A DNA stretch of 64,000 nt from Lama glama (Eukaryota), in contig CM052817.1 in assembly GCA_028534125.1 (NCBI GenBank), positions 42,782,001 through 42,846,000 of the forward strand, in the 5' to 3' direction. How positions within the stretch are numbered: the stretch's first letter is position 1; every line of letters starts with the position of its first letter. Below the pieces are notes generated by a model that worked only from the letters and a program-made list of their open reading frames with translations, was not told where the DNA came from and did not search any database. This document shows, piece by piece, positions 11,964 to 24,379 of this stretch. Position numbers and translations under genes: made by a program.

Positions 11964-13165
11964 AAACAATATCTATATTTCCAGTGATTCTGAGGTTTAT
12001 TTCTCAAGCCTTGAACTTTACCTATAATTGACTTTTATCCAGGAATACAATTGACTATCCAATTGACCTCTTGATACTTCCATTTGTATTTCTAACCTGC
12101 TTCTTATTAACATACTCAAAACATAACTTCCAAGACCTCTCATGTTTTTAACATGTCAATACATAGAGCCATAATCTACCTACTCAAGCAAATATTTAGA
12201 AATCCTTTCCTTTCCTCTCCTTTCTATATCTAATCCACCAGCAAGTCTTGTCAATTCTACCTGCAAAATATCTCCCAAATCCATGAACCCCATCTCTATA
12301 GCTACATACTAGACTGCTACTATTGTCCCCTAACATATTGCTTGGCTTCTATTCTTGTTGTACCATAATTCCTTTCTTACACGTTAGGCAGAGTGCCTTT
12401 CTTTAAAAACAGAATTGATATCACATAACTGCTCTACTTAAACCTTCCAAATTAGCCCCCTGGCATCCAATGCCCTGGATAAAAGCAGACTCTGTTCACT
12501 GGTCTATCTTCATCTCTTTATACTCTTTTCCCACTACTTGCCTCCTTCATGTTTTTCAAGCTCGTCCAGCTCATTCTTTCCTCAGGGCTCTTGTACTTGC
12601 CGGTCCCTCTGCTGGGACACTTGCCCCCAGATGATTGGTTCCTTCCCACCATTTAGATCTCTGTGTATGTGTCAATTCCTCAGAGTCCTGTCTGGAGTAT
12701 TCAGACTACGTAAACAGACCCTAATCCCTCCCTATTGCTTTCCTCTTTTATTTTCATCGTAGCACTTACTGCTACCAGATATTTTCTATTGGTTATTTGC
12801 TTTTGGTCAGTTCCCTCTCAGGAGAATGTGTGCTCCATGAAATCAAAGGACTTGTCTGCCTTTTTCACCATGACAACCCTAGCAGCTAGACCAGTGCATG
12901 ACATATGGTAGATGTTCAATAAATGTTTGTGGAATTAGTGGATGAATTACTGACTAGTTACTTAATTAAGAGTCCTTGACTTTCCCCAAATATCAGCTCA
13001 TAGCCAGTGACGCCAAATCCTGACAGCTCTTACTTTATGCTATCTATTTATTTACCTATTCCTCTTCATCCCTGCAACTAACAGTCTAGCCCAGATCCTA
13101 ATGACTTGGATTATTTATGGCCTCCTTGAAAACTCTTTCTTCTTCCCATCTGCACAGCTGTACTA

Positions 13166-13420
13166 TGGAGGCAAAACAGCGTAACAGTTAAAATACAGGC
13201 TCTGCATTTAGACTGCCTAGGTTTCAATCCCAGCTCTATCATTCACTAGCTGTTTGACCTTGGGTCAGCTATTTGGCAACTCTGTGTCTCTGTTTCCTTA
13301 TCTGTAAAATGGGGATAATTATGGTACCCATCTCATAGATGAGTGTGAGGAATCCGTGCATTTCCCACGGTCATTCACAGGAAGCATTTGGAGCCTGGAA
13401 AGCATCAGTGAGTGTTAACT
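13166..13420 (+). mobile_element. MIR SINE
   Basis: actagctgtttgaccttggg...tctgtgtctctgtttccttatctgtaaaatggggataat. Confidence 0.9.
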
Positions 13421-13761
13421 TCTTCTCTCTTGTCCAATTAATTTTTCTAAAACACCGTTCTTCCTACATCACTCCATTACCCATCACACCTTCAAACTTT
13501 CAAGGCCTCTTAGTTCCCAAATAATTAAGAATTGGGTTTGTCCTTCGACGCCTTCCTCAACATAGTCCCTACAGCTTTCTTTACATTACTTTCCTTCATT
13601 CCATCATATGAACACTCCCACGTTTTATTTCAGTTAACATTTGCTAATATTGTTAGTAAACATTACACGTATATCAGAGCCAGCATTGTTGCTGGATATC
13701 TACAATAATGAAAGATACCACCTTCACCCTCAAATTCTTCCATCTCCTAAAACACTCTATC

Positions 13762-14216
13762 AATCAGTCAGCGTTATTCAGTTTTGAGAAACAGAAACTG
13801 ATTCTGCCAAACTTGATAGAAAAAATAAACTTATTGAAAGGATATGGAACATCTTACAGAATCCAAGGAAAAGCTGGAAAGGGGGGAAAAAATGCCAGAC
13901 TCAGAAAGGATAAGAATCAAGGTAGGTCCTAAGTTGCATAAACTAGAACATAGTACCTTCAGGGTCCTAACACCAGGAAGAGTCAATGTCAACAGCTTTT
14001 CATCCTTGAGTCACTCTTCTTTTCAAGGGTTAAATCCCAGGGAAATGAAGAATAATTCAGCTGGCCTGGTTTGCATGGCTAGCCCTTAGCTAGAGGAAGG
14101 CACAGTATCTGGAGGAGGAAGAACAACTCCCAAAACAAAGTTGGAGTGTTCTTATAAGAAAAGAGAAAAGGTATGCAAAAACTGGAAAAAGCAAAGACTA
14201 CCAATAGCCACTATAA
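13762..14216 (-). mobile_element. MaLR LTR (MLT1J/K/L-like)
   Basis: cagttttgagaaacagaaactgattctgccaaacttgatagaaaaaataaacttattgaaaggatatgg matches the reverse complement of an MLT1 3' end. Confidence 0.7.
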
Positions 14217-14219
14217 AAG

Positions 14220-14425
14220 TAATAGCTTATGTTTGTATAACTCTTTATAATTAAATAATTTTTACATCTCATGATCTCATATAGTCCTCACAAAAGCACT
14301 GTGAAATAAAGCATATTATTGCAACACACAGAAATGTTGAGAAGTTTGCCCTGTGTCTGGTAGTTAATAGGTAGGATGTTGGAACTCAAAGATAAGTTCA
14401 ACCCCAAGTCCAGGATTCTTTCACC
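14220..14425 (-). mobile_element. MIR SINE
   Basis: tctcatgatctcatatagtcctcacaaaagcactgtgaaataa...ggaactcaaa...ccccaagtccaggattcttt. Confidence 0.6.
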
Positions 14426-15164
14426 CTTACCTTGATTGTCCATTCTTGCCCTAACCTTCATTTCACTTTGCTAAGTACTAGCCTCTTTTTAGGTATAGTT
14501 CAAGCCTTACTGCCTCCCTGGGGCCTTTACAAGGTGCCCCAGATTTCAATCATCACTTCTTTCTAAGAACTTCTACAGAAGTTGTTTATACCTGACTTAG
14601 CATTGCCTTCTTGCATTGTAATTTGTATATTTTTATGCATCTGTTCTAAGTCCCCAAGAAAGTGACTCAGTTGTAGCCTCTACTGAACCTTCAGAACATC
14701 TCAGTATATCCCTAGTTGAAGAGAGTCCCTACATGTTCGCTGGTACTGGTTGTCTGAGAGGAAATAGACACATCTCCTGGAACGTGTCTTTTCTGTCTGT
14801 TCCTGTCTTCAACTGAATCCTCATCTCCCACCCAACAGCACCAGGAATTTGGTTTAGACAGGAAGGCCAGCAGTATTTCCTGTTACCTGTGAAGTCCTGG
14901 GTAATCTCCTCTAAGACCTTGCTAGCTAACACCTTTATGGCAATGTGGTTCTGAGATAATCAGACATAAAACAGGTTTACAATACATTTTCACATTTATT
15001 AACCCATTTGATCATGTAATTTATCCAAAATACGCTCTTAGGCACACAGAGAGGCTCAGAAGTTCTGGCTTGCCCTGAGTTCCCAGAGCCAAGGTTGGCC
15101 ATCATAGCAAAGTGATGGCCTGGAGTCGAGATGCTGAGTGTCACCTTCTAATCTACTGCATAAT

Positions 15165-15330
15165 TAACTTAGTTACTGTGTTTGTTTCTAATTGTCTGTC
15201 CCTCCCGCTAGAATATAGCCTCCTCAAGATCAGAGGTTTCTACACCTTGTTCCCTGATGTGTACCCCAGTCTCTAAAACAGTGTCTGACACATAGCAGGT
15301 GCTCAACACATAGCTGTTGTGAATGCATGA
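15165..15330 (+). mobile_element. L2 3' end
   Basis: ctagaatatagcctcctcaagatcagagg...tctgacacatagcaggtgctcaacacatagctgttgtgaatgcatga. Confidence 0.8.
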
Positions 15331-15711
15331 GAAACCCAAAGGAGCATCCTAAGGTTCAGTGGACTCAGCAACTGCAAGGACAGTCTGTGGCATCGAGTCC
15401 ATGTGGAGCCGGCAACAAAAAGGTAAAGCCAGGAGGGGTTTGCGAGAGCTTGGAATCGGGAGACAGGGAGACAGTTTTTAGGGCCTCTGGCCTCGTTCAC
15501 GGTTGGAAAAGAATTAGGGACACTGAGCCAATTGGGACGACAGCAACTGTTCTGTGTACATAGAGAAGGTGTTATTGTTCTCCTTCCCAGATGAAGAAAT
15601 AAATTGGAGGAGTCACAGCCTCCAGGTTACATAGTAAGCAAACTGCAGGGCTAAGTCAAGAACCCAAGATTCAGGCAAAATTTAGTCCAGTTCAGATAAA
15701 CATTTAAGAGA

Positions 15712-15935
15712 GCCAGTTAGACTTGTGTTATAACTCTGGCTTACCATTCTCTAGCCACATGACCTAATGCCAGTTTACTTTCAGCCTCACTTGAGGCTGA
15801 GCCTCAGTTTCTCAGTCATTAAATGAGAATAATGATAGTACATATTTCCCAGATCTGCTAAGAGAATTAAGGAAGAGGATTCATGCAAAGCACTTGGTTC
15901 AGTGTCTAGCACATATGTAACCAATATACATCACT
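15712..15935 (+). mobile_element. MIR SINE
   Basis: ctgagcctcagtttctcagtcattaaatgagaataatgatagtac...atgcaaagcacttggttcagtgtctagcacata. Confidence 0.85.
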
Positions 15936-15964
15936 AAGAGAATAATCATCACTGGTATTTTAAA

Positions 15965-16720
15965 ATCATCAAATATTTATGTAGAACCTCCTATAAAGGA
16001 TACTAATGATACAAATACCAACAAGATGCGATTTTCAGCTTTCAAGTATCTCAAAGCCTAGACCACAAGCAGATAAATTAAAAACAATAAGATATGAATG
16101 GCAGTAATAAGACCAAAACAACAGAACAGAGAGAACACCACTATTGTGCACTGAGAGGTCCAGAAGGCTTCCTAGCAGAGATAACTGGAGAGAAACCCTT
16201 TAAGATTATCTAGTAGTTCTTCAGACAAAGAAATATGAATAGGGCCTTGTCATCAAAGAGAATAGGATGAAAAAGACATACATGCAGAGTGATGATAAGC
16301 AGTTTTGAGAACAAATTTCGAAGCAGAGAAAGTGAGAGATGGGGTTGAAGCAGTAGAAACTGACTAATTCAGGGTCTTGTATGTTAGGAAGCTTGAACCT
16401 TCTTTTGGCAATGGGAAGTAATAAGATGTGTTTAAGAAATAATACAGTGTGATCAGATGCTTGGCTAGATTGGCTAGATCAATGACAACTGAGTGGATGA
16501 TGAATTTGCAGAGGACAAGAATAGGAACAGGGATTTCTACCGGAGGGATATTGCAAGAGTCCAAGTGAGAGACAGCAAGGGGCAAAAATAAGGCAGTGGA
16601 GAGGTGAGAAGATGTCAAAGAAAAAATGTGAATCCCTAGAACTGGTTAATTGGATGGGGTTCAGGTTGAGGTTGGTAGGGGAGACAGTCATGGGGAGTCC
16701 AAGAAATGGAAACAAGAGGA
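15965..16720 (-). mobile_element. Diverged L2 fragment
   Basis: catcaaatatttatgtagaacctcctata followed by purine-rich L2 antisense sequence (agaaggcttcctagcagagataact, ttgcaagagtccaagtgagaga). Confidence 0.6.
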
Positions 16721-18374
16721 AGGGAAGCTGCTGCTGGCCAAATTCTTCCCAGAGAAGTTTGCAAATAAATCACCCCAGGACACCTGGTGAGAAAGAGTTC
16801 ATTTTCAGCTGCTCTCTTGGAGTCATATGCTTGTCTCTTTCTTCACGGTGGTTGCAGATATGTTTTTGAGAACTTAACCAGTCTCCATTGACTTTTACTA
16901 TCTTTTTTGGTCAACTTTTGCATTTTAAATGCATTCTATTTACAAGCAAGAACAAGATCAAAAGAGCAAGCTTTCCAAGTAGGAGCCAGAAGATTGAAAG
17001 CCATTTTTGTTTTAATGAATTACTATAAAATGGATTAGATGCCCTAACTCTCAGTTTCTATAGCTGACAAATGGGAATGGCAGATTCCATGCCTTCCCTT
17101 CCTGCGAACAATTAAGCAAGACATTTAAGGACTTTTAGCAACAGAAAAAAAAAAAACACATTAAAATATTCTAGTCCTTTTTCAAAATATCAAATGTATT
17201 GTCAAGGTGATTAAGCATTGGTATAAGGTCTCCTCCCCCTATATTGTAAGGTTCTTAAACATAATAAATTAACAAGCACTCGTTAGTATCCAACACAATG
17301 CCAGACTTAACTGTAAATATAGCATGCTGTTTACAGCATATCCTTTTAAACCCTAAATTATCTAGCTCTGAGGATCTTCTTGTTTTTACAGAAACCCTTT
17401 CACTTCTTTCTATTTTCAAACATCTCAACTTTATATTCCTTGTCCATAGTAACCTAGAACCCTGGTCTATTTTCACAATTCTAGATTTTGGTTGTACACT
17501 TCAGCTTTCAGGATAAGACACTATCTTCATATAAACATCTAATATAAATTCTAAATAGAATGTGCATAAAATCAATGTAACTTTGCAAGGTCTATGCTAC
17601 CTTTTTACTAGTATAAATGACAGAAAAGAAGAGCTGCTGATGTATTTGTCAAATAAATGAGTGAAAATATTATCTTACCCTAAGACAAAGTCTCTGTCTG
17701 GTAGACTGTCATTCCTAAAATGATCTTCAACTTGTAGAAAAAGAATTGCCTCAATTTTCCCTTTTCTTATGCCAGAATTCTTTCCAGCTCCTCATCTCCT
17801 CTCCCTATGACAAACATTTGTCTTCCTCAGAAATCTCCATCATGAAACTATACACTGTGACAACTGTGTTCAGGGACAGAACTGGTCTCTATGTTTTCCA
17901 AATGATGAGGCATGTATAGATAGTCTGTATTTCAACTTGACAATGTGTGTGTACTGTGTAACTTAATGAGCACCACAAAGGAGAAATCTATGGAAATCTC
18001 TGTGAAGAGAAAGTATTAGGATATAATTACTCAACAGATCTAGCAATAAAATTCTTCTAAGTAACTATTATCTACAAGGTAGCTCCTTACAGATTCCTAT
18101 TTCTTTCAAGCCATCAACAATCAGGACCTGCACTGGTAGCTAGGACCTGTGACAGGTCCTAGTTTTCAGTCTTTGGGAAACTAACACATAGCTCTTTCCC
18201 GGAAAACAAGATAAAAGGGAAATAAACTATGTTAAGTTTCTTCTAGGTACTGTAGATTAAACACTTTAATGAATATTATATAAAGTTGCAATCACTATGA
18301 AAGTAGCCATCTTGAATGTGGTGCTGAAGGCTGTATTCAGAGCCTAGTAGTGCCAAACACACAATAGATGCTGA

Positions 18375-18600
18375 TAACAATAGTAGTTAAGATGGCTGGG
18401 TACCTTTAATTCACTATGCACTGTTCAAAGCACTTCTCATATATGAATTCATTTGATTCTCACAGCCATGCTATAAAGGAGTTATTATGTCCATTTTATA
18501 GATGAGAAAACTGAGGCTGAGAGGTTAAGCAACTTGCCCAAAGTCACCTAGGCAGCAGAACTGGGATGCAACCTGGTCCCCATCCTTCCTCACTATGTTA
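18375..18600 (-). mobile_element. MIR SINE
   Basis: ccattttatagatgagaaaactgaggctgagaggttaagcaacttgcccaaagtcac. Confidence 0.92.
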
Positions 18601-19869
18601 GACTTGTCAAATGAACAAATCAACATCTTTTCCTTTAGGAACTGGTAACTTTTTATATTGAGATAGCCCTGAGGTTGAGGCAAATCTACTTTTTCCAAAG
18701 CTATAGTGCTTGCCTTCTGTTGCACAGATAATGTAGTGTAAGTTACCCCTCTTGCTTCGTAAATCCCAGGTAAAGGCGCTTTCTCCCGCAATTCACCTCT
18801 TGTTCTTCACAGCTCAGTACTAATCATCAGCCCATAATGCAGTGTAGAATTGCCAGCACCATCCCGATGATGTAGTTATTTCCAATTGGCACTTGGGAGC
18901 AGTGAGGATAGGAGGCATTACTCATAGCCAAGAGTACAGATGTTTCTAATTGCTTTCCATTACCAAGAATAACAGCTGTTTACATCTATCAGCAAATAAT
19001 TCACAAGAGCTCCAGACTATTAAGATAACACACCCCACCTGGTCACCATCACAAGTTGTCAAGGCCAAGATAGAGGCTGCCAGAATCCCCTTCTGCATCT
19101 CTGTTCATCAACTGACAGCATGTGTCACCTTCAGATATCCTTATGCTACCCCACAAGCTCTGGCTTCTTGGTGGCCTGACACATCAAATGGACATATGGA
19201 TTCTTCATGGCTTTGCAGTAAATGTTTTATGGTTATCTTGCAGCCAAGGGCAGCTGACACGGAGGAGCAAGGGACTTGCAAATAGCCTGATGAAAGAATT
19301 TTTGCACTTTTTTTTTTTCACAAAAGAGGAAGAAGTGTTCTGCTTAGAGGAGTTTCGCAGCTGCAATGTACTTAACTTCCTTTAACACGCCAACACGTTG
19401 CACTGGGTGATAGATTATGCAGTTCAATAGCATCCTGGGGACCTGGTCACGTATTTGGATATATGTCCTAAATGGACAGACAATGTTAACAGTTCAGTGA
19501 ACTTTACGAGGCAGTTTTATCAGGCACAAAAGAATACAAATATTACAACACATCACAGTTATTTGGAGTTAAAAAGACCAATAGTACCTCCTTGCCAATG
19601 CAACACTGATCCCTCCTGCATGGTTTTTTTCCAGTCTAGTTTAGTGACTCAGGCAGTTAGTCTCTACTATATTTTCTTTCTATGGAGACTATACCAGAGT
19701 CTAACACAACTTTCTGTGGTCTAGCTTCCTCTGAATTTATGTCTAAAATTGGCTTTCCACACATTCAAACACATATTTTTAATTCATAGATTTTTAAAAT
19801 AAGAATAATAGAGTGTCATCTATTTAAAATTACGTATCTACAAAACTATGTAAACTGACAAATTCCCTT

Positions 19870-20455
19870 ATGGCTGCAGAAGCTGGTCTCCAAAGTGCCC
19901 ACTATCAGTTCCTCCCTTCTTGTGCTTGTACCTCATTCCCCCATCAAGACATGAAATCTAGGGAGTCCTTTGAAGCTGGGATGGTCTCTAACTGTTTTGA
20001 TCAATAGAATATGCCGGAAGTGATACTTTGCCAGTTCTGGGCTTTATTCTTAAGAGAACTGGCAGTTTCTGTTTCCTTTACCTTGAAACTCCTGCTCTGA
20101 AGGAAGCCAAGTACCATGTAAGAACCCTTATTACCCCAAGAGCTCCATGCTGTAAGGGAGCCCAAGGTAGCCAAGCAGAGAGGCTGTACGGAGAGAAAAT
20201 GATAACAGCCTCTCCCCGGCTGTTCCAGACATCCCAGCCCAGGTGCCGGAGATGTGAGTGATGAACAACTTGGACATTCCAGGATCCCAGCATCCCAACC
20301 ATCTCTAGCTGTTCAAGCCATCCTAGCTGAGGCTCTACGTACCATGCAGTGGAGACAGACTGACCTTGAGTTACTGACCTTCAGAATTGTAAGCATAATA
20401 AAATGTTATTTTTTTTTAATATTATGCAGCAACTGGTAGCTGGAACTGGAACACA
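19870..20455 (+). mobile_element. MaLR LTR (MLT1G/H-like)
   Basis: ttgatcaatagaatatgccggaagtgatactttgccagttctgggc...ttaagagaactggcagtttctgtttcc...agaattgtaagcataataaaatgtt...tatgcagcaactggtagctggaac. Confidence 0.85.
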
Positions 20456-22451
20456 GTCCCTGCTCCATTTTCCATGAGTCTCTGTTACTTCTTTAGCATC
20501 ATTCCACAACACTGATGACAAAAAGTCTCCCTCTGTGATCAGAATTTATACCATAAATACCACTGGAGTTTCTAATCAAAAGAAACATAAAGAAGAGAAG
20601 AAAGGAAAGTGCTCAAAGTGCATCTTACTCCTCTTTTTACCTAGTCCATGTCTCACTCCACTATCAGTGAGGGCTTTTACTCTACCATTTTGCCCATAAA
20701 ATAAGTGATTATATACTTTAGGTTTCTGCCACTGCAGGGGATGTTAATTCAAATCGCTGTACTTACTTTTCTGGTCTAAATATATATCTAACAGTCTGGA
20801 TTGAATTAGAAGAAGACCCTCACTTCCTTCCAGGAAATTTGTTTTTTTTTTTAATAAAACACCAACAAATTTGGGAAACTGTACAAATTCTCTTTTGACA
20901 ACATCATAAGTCTGTAGATGCTACTGAGAAAAGTACTAGTTTTGAAGCCTTAAGTAGTACTTGTACTACTTATAAGATGTTGCTTTTACAGTACAGACTT
21001 GTATGTATAGCATATATTATATACATATGTGTGTATACACAAATATATATAAACTTAAGTGAGGAGTAATTATAATATACCCTAATAAACATGTGGCATT
21101 CTTGCAGTCACTTTACATCTGCTTAATGGTCATGAAAAGAGCACTGCATTAGAACACAGATGCTCTTGGGGTCCATTCCAGCCTCCCTACCACATCCTCT
21201 ACCTACATCTCAGAAGACTGGCATGACACTGTGAGTTGGGTTTCATTTCTAAAATTGATTATTTCAATATAGTCTTGCTGTATTTTCGTAACTTGCTTAT
21301 CGATTACACATTAACTAAATGGATTCACATGGCCTAATTCCTACTTCACAACACTTTTAGTAAGAAATTTAACATTTAAATATTACTAAAATAAAAATTG
21401 TTCTTATTTTAGTTTAATTTTGTAGCAAAGTTAGGAGACAGTTAGCTACTTCCTCTTGATAATAACTTTACTTGCTAAAGTACCAATGCTAACCCACTTC
21501 CTAAGCAGAAAAGAAGTATTTCCCCTAGCTAAATTCAGCTGTTTAGCAATGGCATAAGTTTTCTTAAACTATCAAGAAATCACACCATTTAGTGTGCAGA
21601 AGGAAACAAATGTTTTCTCTTTTCACAAAAAGAAAAATTCAGTGTCCTTAATTACTCATGAATATAGCTCTATATAGCAAAATAATATATTCTTTATGCA
21701 ATTATTTGATGTTACATCAAGAGATCTTCAAAGTAAAGATATCCAAGATGGTCACTTAAGTTTTCCTTTTAAAATTACAAAATGGTCCCAATGATTTATA
21801 CCCCAGTAAAAACACAGACCCTTCATTCACCAACAGCCCACTCTTAAGAGTACAATGAAGAATTCTTCTCACGGATAACTTTGGACAGGGCTGTAAAGCA
21901 GAGGAAGGTCAGCCTCCTTGAACTTGATCATTCACCTCTTCATAACTTTTCCCTCAATCTCTCATTCACACTGAAGTCATCTGTAAAAGATCTAATGGAA
22001 TCAGAGTTTTAATTTCTGACATGGACTTTATAAATGCCTGAAATTATACTGTATAAGTTCCTGCTTACTCTATCGATATGTGAGGCCAGCCTTGAGTTTG
22101 TATCACAGATTTTTAATTTTTTAAATATTACAGACTCCCTAGAAGTTTCAGAAACAATACAAAGAGTCCCCTGAACCTTTCACTCAGATTCACCAGTGCT
22201 CCACAGATTCTGAAATTTCCCTTTTCTGATGTCCATATTAAAACACCAGAAGACAAGTATATTCTTAATAAACATGACAAAGTCGCTCTCACATTTGTCT
22301 TGAAGGGCTGCAGGAAGACAGCTAATTATTAATTAGATCGCAAGTCGAACGATGCTAATGTAGCATTGGTGAACATACTTGCTTCCAGGCTGGCATGATA
22401 TGGCATGCGAGTTGGCATGCAGTGTTACATGAACATATGGCAGGCAGAAGC

Positions 22452-22488
22452 TGCTGTTTCCTCCTAGGAAACAGCAATGGAAACGTCA
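22452..22488. promoter_or_regulatory. Inverted repeat with RFX X-box-like halves and CRE half-site
   Basis: TGCTGTTTCCT-CCT-AGGAAACAGCA followed by ATGGAAACGTCA. Confidence 0.3.
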
Positions 22489-23514
22489 GCTCCCACACTA
22501 TTGAAGACACACACCCTAAAACTCCTCAGTGCTGCTGAGGGCTTAGGACATATGCCACTTCCCAGTCACCGGGATGCGGAAATAAACCCTTCACGGTGTC
22601 ATCCAGCAACCAGAGGCACTGAAAGTCTGTTTCCCCCAGAAGAGGAGGATGCAGAACCAGAAGTTCTCCCTGAAGCTGTTGGTGAGCACACAGCCCCAGG
22701 CTTTCTACTTGCAGTTATGGGACCTCATCATAAGGAAACTTCCACTTGGGAAGACCTCAACCATTCAAGTAGTTTCGCCCTCTGCCTCCAAGCAAGCATG
22801 TCCTTACAGAAAACAGGATCTGTGAGGATCCACTTCTTCATTTTACAGCTGGTAAGAAAGAAGAGCAGTCTGTGACTTGTCCAAGTGCTGAGTCCGGCTG
22901 AATCTTTAAGACTTGCAGCGTTTCTAGAATCCCACTGCTAAAGCAGTTCACTCTTTGTTGTTAGTTTCTCTCCAAGTGTGATAACCTTCAGTCTCTGAAA
23001 ATTCATCCAACGTTTGCCTAAATCTTCAACACTGAATTTCATTTCCTTCGTCCTGTTCTCTGTGGTAATAAAACACATTCAGTATGTAATAAACTTGCAT
23101 CTTTTTGAAGCCTACTATTAAATTTTTCTCAGCTTTCCCTTAGTCAAATTATAGAATGCAGTTTCTTCAGGAAGAAGGCTGTGATCCAGGTCTATGCTTT
23201 TGATTATTTATGTCTACTCGAAGCATTCCTATTTGCTTAAGTATCAAGCTTCCTAATACGTGACTGAATCATTCCTATTCTAGAAATTCCACCTATAATT
23301 TAAAGTTCTATATAACACATAAAATAAAAAATCTACATATAATTTCACAAAACTTTTTGTCTTTCAATGTGCTTTTTATTTGAACAGTTTGAAATTCATC
23401 ATTTGGTGGAATATGTTCTTCCAAGGGACTTGACTGGTTTAATAGAAGAGTCAAGTCCTAATTCCACTGTTAATAAATGTACAGTTTCCTTCCTCTTGGT
23501 CCCTGCTTTCTGCT

Positions 23515-24240
23515 CCTAAACCAATCGGCGACTCAATAAAGGTAAGAGTACGGGAAGGGAGGCTACTCCGCGGTCTTCCCGCAGCCTGGAAATGAAAACT
23601 CCTTCCACTAGTTACTGGAAAAATTCCCTTCAGCTGAAAGAAGACATTTTAAAAAATTCTCCTTTTCCTGCACAAAAGGAGTCTTGCATGTTGGGAGTGT
23701 GAAACAATCAGCTTCTATAAGAACTCGGTGTTAGGAGGGACCAGCATCCCAACTGCAAAAGAGCCCAGGACCTCAGGCCCTGCCCCAGCAGTGCCATCAT
23801 GCTGGGTCAAAGACTGTCCCCATCACTGCCCCCAAGAACCTCGGTTTCTTTTGTCTCTCTTCAGGCAATCCTGTGACTATTTGGCCTTTATTGCTGTGGT
23901 TGTTGTCATGATTGGATTTTTCCATGTGATGTGGTGTTTTTCCAGGGGGGCAGAGTCCCCATCAGGATGTGTGCCAGGCAGAGCAGAATGCCATTATGTG
24001 GAGAACTGCGGCTGCCGGAGTGGGCTGCCTCCGTCGCGGGGGATTTATCTCCGCAAGTGCCGATCATAATACTCCTTCACTAAATGACTCTGGATGAGCA
24101 GGGCTTTGGCAGAGGCCCTGGAAGTCCCATACTCTGTTGTAAAACTGAATGCCCGTGTAATGGACGCTCAGGAGAACTGGGGATGCGAGGGCAGGTGGGT
24201 GGGAGAGAGTCATGTCTAAAAGGCATAGACGACAAGGCTC
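23515..24240. promoter_or_regulatory. CpG-retaining unique segment, putative enhancer/weak promoter
   Basis: Local CpG cluster (ccgcggtcttcccgc; ctgcggctgccggagtgggctgcctccgtcgcgggg), CCAAT at 23521, donor AAG/gtaaga at 23541. Confidence 0.35.
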
Positions 24241-24379
24241 AAAATGGGGAGCAGAGAAATGGGAGCTTGTGCTCAGGTCTGCCCAACAGGCAGAAAGGAC
24301 CAAGCCTGGACCCAACTAGTTCAAAGGAGTAAAGATAATTTTTACAAGGAGTATAACCATAGTAATTGTAATTTTAGAG

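Larger units (their letters stand above)
10620..12947 (+). mobile_element. L2 LINE (interrupted by L1 at 11320-11909)
   Basis: Pyrimidine-rich L2 body (ctctcagcagcatcagacca, aggtgatttcatccagtcccatggctttaaa) ending in gatgttcaataaatgtttgtggaattagtggatgaat. Confidence 0.85.

Noticed and set aside
22477..22875. 132-aa ATG-initiated ORF (METSAPTLL...) as a gene
   Set aside because: No recognisable homology, and its 3' end (cattttacagctggtaagaaag...gtgacttgtccaag) looks like antisense MIR sequence. ORFs of this length occur by chance in 64 kb.
23615..23630. NF-kB site GGAAAAATTCCC
   Set aside because: Spacing is longer than the 10-bp kB consensus; insufficient on its own.
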